Assembly (NCBI GenBank): GCA_046760465.1
Contig: JBHIEF010000002.1
Coordinates: forward strand, 1-45,179
Direction of reading: 5' to 3'
Origin: Armatimonadota bacterium
GTDB taxonomy: Bacteria > Armatimonadota > Zipacnadia > JAUWAU01 > JBHIEF01
DNA length: 45,179 nt
A program made the translations under genes and the position numbers. Below, in pieces: positions 8,497 to 22,592 of the stretch. Under the pieces are notes generated by a model. The model was given only the letters and a program-made list of their open reading frames with translations, had not been told where the DNA came from and did no database searches. Within the stretch, counting starts at the first letter, position 1. Every line of letters starts with the position of its first letter.

Positions 8497-10962
8497 TCAC
8501 CAGGTCACCGTGAGGTCTCCCGTCACGCGGGTCATGGTAAGGCACTCGCCCTGCTTGTCGTAACTCACGGCCGGATCGCCTGCCCCGTCCACCGCCACCG
8601 TCTCGGACGCTATCGCTCCAGCGGAGGGATACAGCGTCACCTCGGCATCGGCAAGCCCGGAGATCAACAGCCTCCGGCTGGTGCCGGTGGGATGCTGCTG
8701 CTCCTTGCAGCCCAGCAGCGTGTCGGCGCGCTGCTCGACGAACACCCGGCACTCGTGTTGATAGGAACGGTCCAGGGCATACTCAGCCAAGCCGTTGCGA
8801 AGCCGCGTCTCGCGCTCGGTGATGAGCGGCGCCCCCTGTGGAAAGCGCACGAGCAAACGCGCGGTCGCATCTGGCTTGTGGCCGGTGAACACGTACGCGT
8901 TGTCCTTGCGCGAGACGAACGTGTACAGGCACCGGGCGGCTGGGTCGTGCCGGCGCTGCACGAACGCCCAGCCCAGCTCGGCCAGGAGGTACCTCAGCCA
9001 CACGCTGGTGTCCAACTTGGAGACATTGTCCGCCCAAATCGGGTTGGTCGAGCCGGGGCGGAAGTGCAGAGGCAGCGACCCCCTAAGCCAGGCGATGGCG
9101 CCGCCGTCCCATGACGGCTCCCTCCTGATGAGCGCCAGCGCACGCTGCTCGCCGGCCTGGCGAGCCGTCGCCACAACCTCCTCGCCTTGGGCGGACTCCA
9201 CGATGGGACCGCCAGAGAGGGCGCTGCGGTGCACCACGCGCGAGGGTGGTTGCCCGTCCTCCCACTCATCCGTCCGCAGGGACGTCTGGACGATCAACTC
9301 TCCCTCGATCGGGTCGGCCAGTGACACTCCCAGCAGCTCTCGCACCTCGTCGCCGGCGGCTGCCAGGGGCCCGAACAGCATGGCCGTGCCGCCGGAGCGT
9401 ACCCAGTCGCGGATCTGCCCGCCGCAGGCCCAGCCCTGGCGCGGCACGGGGGCCAGAAGGACGGTGTCGGCCAAAGCGGACGCGCGCGACTCCAAGACTG
9501 CGGTCAGGTTGTCGGTCGAGACCACCGTGTTGAGTGGGAGGCCATTCTGGACGGCGCAGCGCAGGAAGAGATCGGCGAAGTAGGCTTGGCCGATCTGCTC
9601 GGGATGCTCCCGTGCCAGCTCGTGGTACTCCCTGAACGGGTACACGAGCGTGAGTGGGCCGGGCGCATCGGGAGCCATGGCGACGGCCCTGCGCATGTGC
9701 GGGATGGTCTCTAGGGCGGTGTTCTCGTTCAGCTCGCCGCGCTCAGTGTCAATGGTGAGCAGCTCCATGAAGCGTGCTGGTTCGGCCTCGCCCCGGCGGT
9801 TGATGCGTGCACAGACCCACGGGCAGTAGATGTCGAAGGGCTCGCGGTTGTAGTAGTCCCACCACGGGTTGGCGTAGAACCACGGGTCGTTGAGGTAGTG
9901 CCGGACGGCGTAGGTTCCGCGCGGAGGGAGGTGGGCAATGCGCGAGAGATGCGCCATTACCTCCATCCCCAGGTCCCGCGAGCCCCAGGGCGGATTCACG
10001 GGAGGGTTGACGATCGGAGCGAGCCGGTAGATGTCCTCAAAGGAGACGCAGTCCGCGGCCAGGTCCACCCCCATGGGGAAGTTGGTGCCGCGCAGCTCCA
10101 AGGGTATGTCGGACACCTCGGCAGCGAGATCTCGCCAGAAGGAGAGCACTCGCTCGCGCTCCTGGGCATAGTCCACACAGCCGAAATCCTGCCCGTCGAA
10201 GTTCTCGCCAACGAGGTACCAGGCGTAGTGCGAGAAGCCCATGCCGTTCGACAGCCACAGGTAGTCGAAGCCCAGGGCGGCCAGGAAGCTCCGGCACTGC
10301 CTACCCAGGAAGGTGCCGAAGCTAGTGCCTTGGGGAATCCCCTCCGGGAATCCAGCGTAGGGGCGCTCGTCTCGGTCGAGGGACGCGTATGCGCAGATGA
10401 ACCCGACGGTGCGGGGTCGCCCCGAGTCGGGTCCGGCACGGAAGATCTCGCGATGGCGCTCGTACTTGAAGTACGACTCCACGAACTCCGGCCCGGGGTC
10501 CACCGTTGCCCCTATGGTCACGTCCAGGCCGAACTCCCGCTGTCCCACTTCCTTGAAGCCGGTGGTGATGGTGCGAAGCGTCTCGTAGGTCATGGACGGC
10601 GGCTCGTCCATGTAGTCGCGCCGGGGTTGCGGGCTGCTCGCGTCCCAGGGGTACATTCCCCTCTCGGCGTTGCAGAAGCCGATGGAGAGGGCCCACGGCA
10701 GCGGATCATCGAGGCGGCCGCGCCACTCGAAGATCTCGGTGCCGTCTCCGGTCCAGAGCATCACCGCGACGCGGTCGCAGACGTCAATCAACGGCTGCCA
10801 CTGCCGGAACACCTCGCGGCACGTGGCAGTCACCGCCTCCGGCTCGATGCTCCTGAAGGGCTTGAGGCTGGTCTCAAGAGTCACGCGCTCCAGCAGCTTA
10901 CGCCCGGGTGCGGGTGCCCCGGGGCCGAAGTGCTCGGGTGCATGACCCGGCGCAAGGCTCAT
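8497..10962 (-). CDS. Large cytoplasmic protein of unknown function (about 820 aa); possible glycoside-hydrolase-like multidomain protein
   Basis: Long ORF with protein-like composition. I chose the start at ATG 10962 (MSLAPGH...), which forms an ATGA overlap with the stop of the upstream esterase gene. I recognise no family motif. The central segment (VLLAPVPRQGWACGGQIRDWVRSGGTAMLFGPL) is reminiscent of the GATase-like middle domain of GH42-type enzymes, which is weak evidence. Confidence 0.6.
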   Translation of the reverse strand: MSLAPGHAPEHFGPGAPAPGRKLLERVTLETSLKPFRSIEPEAVTATCREVFRQWQPLIDVCDRVAVMLWTGDGTEIFEWRGRLDDPLPWALSIGFCNAERGMYPWDASSPQPRRDYMDEPPSMTYETLRTITTGFKEVGQREFGLDVTIGATVDPGPEFVESYFKYERHREIFRAGPDSGRPRTVGFICAYASLDRDERPYAGFPEGIPQGTSFGTFLGRQCRSFLAALGFDYLWLSNGMGFSHYAWYLVGENFDGQDFGCVDYAQERERVLSFWRDLAAEVSDIPLELRGTNFPMGVDLAADCVSFEDIYRLAPIVNPPVNPPWGSRDLGMEVMAHLSRIAHLPPRGTYAVRHYLNDPWFYANPWWDYYNREPFDIYCPWVCARINRRGEAEPARFMELLTIDTERGELNENTALETIPHMRRAVAMAPDAPGPLTLVYPFREYHELAREHPEQIGQAYFADLFLRCAVQNGLPLNTVVSTDNLTAVLESRASALADTVLLAPVPRQGWACGGQIRDWVRSGGTAMLFGPLAAAGDEVRELLGVSLADPIEGELIVQTSLRTDEWEDGQPPSRVVHRSALSGGPIVESAQGEEVVATARQAGEQRALALIRREPSWDGGAIAWLRGSLPLHFRPGSTNPIWADNVSKLDTSVWLRYLLAELGWAFVQRRHDPAARCLYTFVSRKDNAYVFTGHKPDATARLLVRFPQGAPLITERETRLRNGLAEYALDRSYQHECRVFVEQRADTLLGCKEQQHPTGTSRRLLISGLADAEVTLYPSAGAIASETVAVDGAGDPAVSYDKQGECLTMTRVTGDLTVTW

Positions 10963-12152
10963 TGCCCATCGCCCCGCTCGACGCCTGCGCTGGCACGCTT
11001 CAGGCAATGCTCGAAGAAGAGGTAGATCTGCTCATTCGACTCAGCGGTGGGAGAGTGCTGGGGGCGATTCGTCATGGCGACACGGTCAGCGTACCCCAGC
11101 AGCCTGTTGACGGCCACGGCGTGGTTGAGGGCCCGCCAGCGCTCGGGCGGATCCTCGGACCCGCCCGAGACGAGGAATGGCCTGGGTGCCATCAGGGCGT
11201 GCAGTTCGTGCAGGTCGTACCCTTCGTCGAACAGCCTCTGGTACGCGCCCGTGCGGGGATTGTCATCGCTGGGGACTCCCTTCTCGCGCTGTCGGCCACG
11301 TTCGTACCCCAGGTACCAGGGCTCCCAGTAGTTCACGTTCGGGCGCGTCTCATCGAAGACGACGCCTCCATCCGACCACGCCGCGCAGGCGAACTTCTCG
11401 TACAGGCAGGAGGCGAACATGGCCCACTTCCCGCCATAGGAATGCCCGACGATGCCTATCCTCTGAGGGTCCACCTCAGGGAGGTTTGCCAGCGCGTTGC
11501 ACAAGTTGGCGGCAACGTATGCCATCATCGAGAGCGGCTGTAGTTGCGCCTCCTCCTCGCTCGGGTAGTACCTACAGCTCGGTGTTCCGACCGAAAGCGC
11601 GACGAAGCCTCGCTTGGCCAACTGGTAGCCGAAGTCGCGCAGTTCCCTGCCCAGCCCTATGCCGGTCTCGGCGTCGTAGTAGACCACTACTACGGCAGGG
11701 AGCGGCTCCTCGCCGTCTGGCACGAGCAAGTAGCCGTCCACCGTGCGCTGCTTCGGTGCGACCTCGATGCGCACGCGGTGCTGGGTGAAGTCCTCGCGGC
11801 GTTCGTGGGCCAGATACTCGATCTGCGGACCGTCTATGATCGGGGGCCAGGGGCCCATGATCTCGTGCCACCTGGCCAGGATCTCCTGCCTGCGCCTGAG
11901 CCAGTCAGCCGGTGTCCTCACGGCGCTGCCGTCGTAGAACCGCAGGGGCGACCTATAGTCGCCATAGTCGTTGGCGAGCTCTGGCGGCGGGCTGAAGAAG
12001 GGCGCGAGCAACCGGGGGATTGCCCCGCCGTTCTCGCCGCCATTCTGGCCTGTGGGGAGTTGTGCCAGAGAGGCGGCGCCAGCCGCCGCCGAGAGAGTCA
12101 GCATGGCGACGATGAGACGCAACGCGGTCACTCCCCTTCGTCTTCCGGGCAA
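10959..12152 (-). CDS. Secreted alpha/beta-hydrolase (serine esterase; dienelactone hydrolase / acetyl-xylan-esterase-like)
   Basis: Nucleophile elbow GHSYGG and an N-terminal signal (LRLIVAMLTLSAAAGAASLA). The track start 12152 is TTG. TTG at 12122, preceded by GGGGAG at an 8-nt spacing, is an equally good start. Confidence 0.75.
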   Translation of the reverse strand: MPGRRRGVTALRLIVAMLTLSAAAGAASLAQLPTGQNGGENGGAIPRLLAPFFSPPPELANDYGDYRSPLRFYDGSAVRTPADWLRRRQEILARWHEIMGPWPPIIDGPQIEYLAHERREDFTQHRVRIEVAPKQRTVDGYLLVPDGEEPLPAVVVVYYDAETGIGLGRELRDFGYQLAKRGFVALSVGTPSCRYYPSEEEAQLQPLSMMAYVAANLCNALANLPEVDPQRIGIVGHSYGGKWAMFASCLYEKFACAAWSDGGVVFDETRPNVNYWEPWYLGYERGRQREKGVPSDDNPRTGAYQRLFDEGYDLHELHALMAPRPFLVSGGSEDPPERWRALNHAVAVNRLLGYADRVAMTNRPQHSPTAESNEQIYLFFEHCLKRASAGVERGDGQ

Positions 12153-12230
12153 GCGAGGTAGTCACGGTCCCGCACGGCCGAGTGGGCGCACTTGCCTGGC
12201 TCCAGGGAGCCAACCTCCGGCGAACAGGCA

Positions 12231-13250
12231 TCAGCGCGGGAACTTGGCCTCTGCCCTCGCCTTGGCCATCACGGTCTGCACCGAGACGGGCTTCCCGCCC
12301 TGCCGCTTGCTCTCGTCGGCCGCCTCCATGAAGGCGTAGATCTCCAGGGTCTCCTCGGCCGGGACCGGCGGCACACCGGTGCGGAAGAACCTCACCACAT
12401 CCACCATGAGCGGGCGGTATCCGGCGGAGGGCCCGACGGGGGCTATTCCCTCCGTGCCGAAGGCCGTCCCTCCAAACTCGCTCTTGCCCTGACGAATCCC
12501 ACGGTAGGTGCCGATCCTGCCGTCCTCCCAGACGCCCACCACGAGGTCGGTGCCCGAGGTGCTGGCGCGGGTGACGGTTTCACAGCCCGTGCCCATCACC
12601 GTGAATAGGGCTTCCACGCCGTGGATGCCGTACCAGAACAGATCGGGATGCGTCTTCTCCAGGGAGCACGGACCGTAGGTGTCGCACCCGACGATCCGGC
12701 CGATCCTGCCGGCTCGTGCCTGCTGAGCTCCCTCGGCGTAGCGCAGCGAGGAGGAGGAGAACACGGGGACCTGGTAGTGCTCAGACGCCTGGAAGATGGC
12801 GACGGCGTCGGCCAGCGAGCCGGCGATGGGCTTGTCCACGAAGACGGGCTTACCTGCCTTGAGGACCGGCAGCACCTGTGCCAGGTGCGGGCGGCCGTCG
12901 TTGGTCTCCAGCAGCACCACATCCACCCTCTCCAGCAACTCCGCGATAGAAGCGACGATCTCCACCCCCATCTCCTGGATCTGCTCCGTGTACCGTGGCA
13001 CGCGACTGACGCTGGACTCGATATCCGGGCTGCCCTTTGGGTACGCGGCGACGACGCGGCATCCGCTCACGTCATCGGCCGCATTCACGTCGTTGAGGAT
13101 CCGAGTGAAGGCGATGACGTGGGAGGTGTCCAGTCCGATGATCCCCGCGCGGAGCTCCCTCTTCTCGCCGTCGGCGGGGCAGGAGCTTTGGGACGGGGCG
13201 AGCAACAGCAAGGCGCCAACGGCGATGGTGCCGGCTGTCTGGCGTAGCAT
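12231..13250 (-). CDS. Gfo/Idh/MocA family oxidoreductase with N-terminal signal peptide
   Basis: Rossmann N-terminus LRAGIIGLDTSHVIAF after the signal MLRQTAGTIAVGALLLLAPSQS. The true start is ATG 13250. The track ORF's additional 173 N-terminal residues (to 13769) are Arg/Pro/Ser/Cys-rich and run into the divergent neighbour. Confidence 0.8.
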   Translation of the reverse strand: MLRQTAGTIAVGALLLLAPSQSSCPADGEKRELRAGIIGLDTSHVIAFTRILNDVNAADDVSGCRVVAAYPKGSPDIESSVSRVPRYTEQIQEMGVEIVASIAELLERVDVVLLETNDGRPHLAQVLPVLKAGKPVFVDKPIAGSLADAVAIFQASEHYQVPVFSSSSLRYAEGAQQARAGRIGRIVGCDTYGPCSLEKTHPDLFWYGIHGVEALFTVMGTGCETVTRASTSGTDLVVGVWEDGRIGTYRGIRQGKSEFGGTAFGTEGIAPVGPSAGYRPLMVDVVRFFRTGVPPVPAEETLEIYAFMEAADESKRQGGKPVSVQTVMAKARAEAKFPR

Positions 13251-13518
13251 GGCATCTGCCTCCCGTTCCGACGTACGCTCACGAGGCTGCATTCCCCGGG
13301 GCGCGGCCCCATCCTTCCCCGGGAAGCGCGCTGCCCCTGCCCGCGACACCCTCAGTGGGCCGGGGTCGGCGCAAGCCCGCCGAGCGGCTGCGGCCAGGGA
13401 CGGATTGGGCACCTCCCGGTTACCCGAGAGCGCCGCACAAGGAGGGAGGACGACGCCGCCAGTTGAAGGAGAGCGCGGCAGCAGAGCGCGCCTGTTCTCC
13501 CCAGGCTGGAAGACGGAG

Positions 13519-15000
13519 GTGTTGCAGTTGAAGCGTCTCGACAGCGGGGCCGCGTTGCTGGTGGTGGCGTGCAGCCTCATCCCAACGGCGGGGATCGCGC
13601 AGTCCCTGGCGGAGCTGTGGCAGCTGCAAGAGGGCCGGTCGCGAAGGGTCAGCAGCGTCAACGCCGATCCAAGCAGCAACCGGGACTTCCTCACCCTACA
13701 GCCCGGCGACACGGGCGACCTGGCGGACCTCGAGGGGCCAGGCATCATCCGGCACATCTGGTTCACCATTGACGCGGAGGACAGCCACTACCCGCGACAC
13801 CTGATCCTGCGCGCGTGGTGGGACGACGAGGCCACGCCGAGCATCGAGGTGCCGCTGGGCGACTTCTTCGCCGTGGGGAACGGGATGCGCGCGAATGTGA
13901 ACTCGCTGGCCGTGCAGACGTCGTCCGAGGGCCGAGCGCTGAACTGCTTTTGGCCAATGCCCTTTGCGCGTCGCGCCAGGCTGACCTTGGAGAACCAGAG
14001 CAGCGGCGTGGTCTGGGCGCTCTACTACTACATAGACTACGATACGGTTCCCGAGCTGCCCCAGCCGCTGGCGACCTTCCACGCGCAGTACCGCCAGGCG
14101 TATCCGGTGGTGGACGGCCAAGACTACGTCTTCGCAGAGATTCAGGGGCGCGGGCACTACGTCGGCACCGTGCTCTCCTGGTGGGATGTGGAGCGGGGAT
14201 GGCCGGGCGAGGGAGACGACCGCTTCTACGTGGACGGCGAGGCCCAAGCCAGCATCCAGGGCACGGGCACGGAGGACTACTTCTCCGACGCCTGGGGCTT
14301 TCGTAAGTTCACGGAACTTGAGCACGGGGTGACGGTCTGGGAGGGCACCGAGGAAGGCTCGCGCTGCACGGCCTACCGGTGGCACCTGCGCGACCCGATC
14401 CGCTTTGCCAGCAGCCTGCGGGCCACCATCGAACACCGCGGCTGGGCCATCCGCGAGGGCAAGTGGGACGGCTTCGCGCACCGGGCCGACCGCTTCTCCA
14501 GTGCGGCCTTCTGGTACCAGGTCGAGCCGCACGCGGGGTTTCCGCCGCTGCCTCCGGCCGGGCAGCGGATGCCGTACGAGGAGGAGCGGACGGAGCTGGA
14601 GACGCTGCTGGAGCGGATCGAGGCGGGCAGCGAGGAGCGCACGCCCTCCCGCCAGGCGGGCCGCCTGTGGTCACGCGGCGCTCAGGTGTTCTACTCGCCG
14701 CAGACTGAGGAGGAGGCCTGGCTGCGCATCCCCTTCCAGGTGCAAGAGGGCGGTCGGTGGCTCATCTACGGGCTGCTGACCTCTTCCTATGACTACGGCG
14801 TCTGGCAGTTCGTTCTGGACGGCGAGCCGCTGGGCGCCCCACGCGACATGTACAGCGCGAACACGCAACTGGATGACGTGTTGCTCGGTGTACGAGAACT
14901 GGCCGCCGGCGAGCACGTGCTCGACGTCCAGACGGTGGGCAAGAACCCTCAGTCCACGGGCGTATACATGGGGCTCGACGCTCTGGCGCTGAGGCGGTAG
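13519..15000 (+). CDS. DUF2961 / GH172 family glycoside hydrolase, secreted
   Basis: Family-typical blocks are present: GPGIIRHIWFT, LILRAWWDDEATPSIEVPLGDFF, LNCFWPMPF, RLTLEN, YYYIDYD, GTGTEDYF. There is no in-frame ATG near the N-terminus. Candidate starts are GTG 13519, TTG 13522 and TTG 13528, after GGAGG at 13515..13519. A signal-like KRLDSGAALLVVACSLIPTAGIAQS follows. Track ORF residues 12796..13518 are antisense to the Gfo gene and spurious. Confidence 0.8.
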   Translation: MLQLKRLDSGAALLVVACSLIPTAGIAQSLAELWQLQEGRSRRVSSVNADPSSNRDFLTLQPGDTGDLADLEGPGIIRHIWFTIDAEDSHYPRHLILRAWWDDEATPSIEVPLGDFFAVGNGMRANVNSLAVQTSSEGRALNCFWPMPFARRARLTLENQSSGVVWALYYYIDYDTVPELPQPLATFHAQYRQAYPVVDGQDYVFAEIQGRGHYVGTVLSWWDVERGWPGEGDDRFYVDGEAQASIQGTGTEDYFSDAWGFRKFTELEHGVTVWEGTEEGSRCTAYRWHLRDPIRFASSLRATIEHRGWAIREGKWDGFAHRADRFSSAAFWYQVEPHAGFPPLPPAGQRMPYEEERTELETLLERIEAGSEERTPSRQAGRLWSRGAQVFYSPQTEEEAWLRIPFQVQEGGRWLIYGLLTSSYDYGVWQFVLDGEPLGAPRDMYSANTQLDDVLLGVRELAAGEHVLDVQTVGKNPQSTGVYMGLDALALRR

Positions 15001-15022
15001 CCGAGCACAAGCCGGACCGAGT

Positions 15023-16417
15023 ATGGCGAGCAGCCCTATGCGAGCATCCATCTGTCACGCAGTCATCTCATGTGCGCTCCTCGCGGCAGCCGTCGCGAGC
15101 CCCTCGGCCCAGCCCGACGAAGGTGCACCCATGACCCAAGCAGAGAGTGTCGCCAGACTCCTCGACCAGGAGATCCGTCGGACCAAGCCGGACTACATCG
15201 TCTACAGGCCGCGCAGCGTAGACGGCTCCACCTTCGATACCGGAAACGAGCACTTCCTGGTCTTCGACGGGCCGGACGGGTCGCTGATGGCCGTGTGGAC
15301 GCAGAGCAGCTACGAGGGCGCGGGCGACCACCGCATCGTCTTCTCGCGTTCCGATGACGAGGGCGTGACCTGGAGGCCACCCCTGCGACTGGTGGGGCCA
15401 GGCCGGCCCGGCGAGGGCCGGATGGCGAGCTGGGGATTCCCCCTCGTCTCCCAGTCGGGGCGCATCTACGTCGTGTACAACCAGTACCAGGGCATAGACG
15501 ACGTGATGCACCAGATCACCGGCACCATGGACTGCGTCTACTCGGACGACATGGGCCAGACCTGGTCTCAGCCGCAGACAATCCCCATGAGGCGGAGCCC
15601 GCACGACCACCCGGACCCCAAGGTGCCCTCCAACTGGATCGTGTGGCAGAAGCCCATCCGCGATCTGAAGGGGCGATGGTTCACGGGCTTCAGCCGATGG
15701 GTCAGCAAGGCCGTGCGCACGCCACCGCACAACAACTCCTGGACGGCTTGGGAGTCGGTGGTGGAGTTTATGCGGTTTGAGAACACCGATGACGACCCCG
15801 AGCCCAAGGACCTCCGCATCACGTATTCGGCCTGGGGCCAGGATGCGCTGCGAGTGCCGCATTATGCCAATCCGAGGTTGAGCATCGCCCAGGAGCCGAG
15901 CCTGGTCCGGCTGCCCGACGGGCGGCTGTTCTGCACCATGCGCACCATGAGCGGGTACATCTGGTACAGCGTCTCTGACGACGACGGAGAGACGTGGTGC
16001 GCGCCGCGTCCTCTGCTGCGGCGGGACCACGGCGATCCCGTACTCCAGCCTCTGTGCTGCTGCCCGATATACGAGTACTCCCAAGGGCGCTACCTCTTGC
16101 TCCACCACAACAACGACGGGCGCTTCGAGGGCTGCCAGCCCGAGGACACTCACCGCAACCGTCGGCCGGCGTTCATCGCGCTCGGCGAGTCCCGCCCGCA
16201 GGCGGAGCAACCCATCTGGTTCAGCAGCTCGAAGGTGCTCATGGACAACGACGGGGTCGGCATCGGTCCACTGAAGCGGATTGACATCGGGGTCTACCCC
16301 AGCGTCACCAAGCGCGAGGGCAACTTCGTGCTCTGGCACCCCGACCGCAAGTTCTTCCTGCTCGGCAAGCGGATAACGCCCGAATGGCTGGCCGATCTGG
16401 AGGTGCCTGCGGAATAG
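15023..16417 (+). CDS. BNR/Asp-box repeat beta-propeller protein (sialidase-fold glycosidase-like), secreted
   Basis: Three Asp-boxes of the SxDxGxTW type: SDDEGVTW, SDDMGQTW, SDDDGETW. The signal is MASSPMRASICHAVISCALLAAAVASPSA. I found no (F/Y)RIP motif. Confidence 0.8.
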   Translation: MASSPMRASICHAVISCALLAAAVASPSAQPDEGAPMTQAESVARLLDQEIRRTKPDYIVYRPRSVDGSTFDTGNEHFLVFDGPDGSLMAVWTQSSYEGAGDHRIVFSRSDDEGVTWRPPLRLVGPGRPGEGRMASWGFPLVSQSGRIYVVYNQYQGIDDVMHQITGTMDCVYSDDMGQTWSQPQTIPMRRSPHDHPDPKVPSNWIVWQKPIRDLKGRWFTGFSRWVSKAVRTPPHNNSWTAWESVVEFMRFENTDDDPEPKDLRITYSAWGQDALRVPHYANPRLSIAQEPSLVRLPDGRLFCTMRTMSGYIWYSVSDDDGETWCAPRPLLRRDHGDPVLQPLCCCPIYEYSQGRYLLLHHNNDGRFEGCQPEDTHRNRRPAFIALGESRPQAEQPIWFSSSKVLMDNDGVGIGPLKRIDIGVYPSVTKREGNFVLWHPDRKFFLLGKRITPEWLADLEVPAE

Positions 16418-16450
16418 GCGGCACCCTTGCCCGCGCGGAGGTAGGCAACC

Positions 16451-17509
16451 ATGACGTCCCGGGAACGCGTCCTGCTGGCCCTGAACCGCGAGCCCGCTGA
16501 CCGTGTGGCCATCCACGATAGCCCGTGGAGCACCGCCGAAGCGCGCTGGCGCACAGAGGGGCTGCCAGAGGGCCAATCCCCGGCCGACTACTTCGGCTTC
16601 GAGTTCCGTGGCTGCTGGGTAGACAACTCGCTCCAATTGCCCGCGGAGACGATCGAGGAGACAGACGAGCACACGATCAGGACGACAGGCGACGGCAACA
16701 CCTGGAAGAACTGGAAGCACTCCACCTCCACGCCCGAGCTGATTGACTTCCACATCACCAGCAGGGAGCTGTGGGAAGAACACAAGCCGCGAATGGTGAT
16801 GAACGACTCGCGGGTGGACTGGGAGGGGCAACTACGGGGCAATCGGGACGCTCAGGAGCGGGGCCTGTTCTACAGCTTCAACTGCGGCCCGGGCTTCACC
16901 AAGGTGTGCAACATGGTGGGGCCGGAGCGCACCCTGATGGCCATGATCGAGGACCCCGAATGGGTCAAGGACATGTTCATGACCGACGCGCAGCTCTGCG
17001 TTGACATTGCCGAGGCGATGATGGATAGGGGGTTCCACTTCGATGCGGGCTGGGTCTTCGATGACCTGGGGTTCAAGCACCGGCCCTTCTTCTCGCCGGG
17101 CATGTATCGCGAGCTGCTCCTGCCGGCGCACAGGCTGATATGCGACTGCTTCAGGAGCCGCGGCAAGCCGATGCTCATCCACACCTGCGGCAACGTGATG
17201 CAGCTCATCGGCTTGCTCATAGAGGCGGGTTTCGACTGCATCCAGCCGCTCGAGGTCAAGGCCGGCAATGACCTGCTGGCGCTTAAGCACGAGTACGGCG
17301 AGCGGCTCTGCTTCATGGGCGGCATTGACGTGCGGGCCATGGCCTCCGATGACCCCGAGGACATCGTCCGCGAGATTTCGTCCAAGATCCCGCCCGCCAA
17401 GCAGGGCGGTGGCTACATCTACCACTCGGACCATTCGGTTCCCGACAACGTCAGCTTCCACCAGTATAAACGCGTTATGGAGTTGGTGGCGGAGCACGGC
17501 AGCTTCTGA
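16451..17509 (+). CDS. Uroporphyrinogen decarboxylase (URO-D) superfamily protein, MtaA/CmuA-like methyltransferase branch
   Basis: 352 aa. The N-terminus MTSRERVLLALNREPADRVAIHD is typical of the family. An H-x-C motif (LIHTCGN) plus a downstream Cys (ERLCFMGGID) matches the Zn-ligand pattern of MtaA-type enzymes. SD GGAGGT lies upstream. Confidence 0.75.
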   Translation: MTSRERVLLALNREPADRVAIHDSPWSTAEARWRTEGLPEGQSPADYFGFEFRGCWVDNSLQLPAETIEETDEHTIRTTGDGNTWKNWKHSTSTPELIDFHITSRELWEEHKPRMVMNDSRVDWEGQLRGNRDAQERGLFYSFNCGPGFTKVCNMVGPERTLMAMIEDPEWVKDMFMTDAQLCVDIAEAMMDRGFHFDAGWVFDDLGFKHRPFFSPGMYRELLLPAHRLICDCFRSRGKPMLIHTCGNVMQLIGLLIEAGFDCIQPLEVKAGNDLLALKHEYGERLCFMGGIDVRAMASDDPEDIVREISSKIPPAKQGGGYIYHSDHSVPDNVSFHQYKRVMELVAEHGSF

Positions 17510-17639
17510 GGGGCGGGCCGGTGCAGAGGGGGCCAGACGAAGACCGGACAGGGCGACCGCCAGTCCGGCCCTCCGTTCCGGCTGAGCACACCGCCATGCA
17601 GCCCCCGCGTGAGGCGAGCACACGCCGCGCCAGTCCAGG

Positions 17640-22562
<4,923 letters not shown>

Positions 22563-22592
22563 CGTGCGGCTTGCCAGTGACGCGCCGCCGGG

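Noticed and set aside
13439-13450. Strong SD-like AAGGAGGGAGGA in the Gfo/GH172 divergent region, with a possible 22-codon TTG-initiated uORF downstream.
   Set aside because: There is no ATG or GTG at a functional spacing. The TTG is 13 nt away and out of frame with GH172, and the peptide has no features. This is probably a purine-rich promoter-region sequence.
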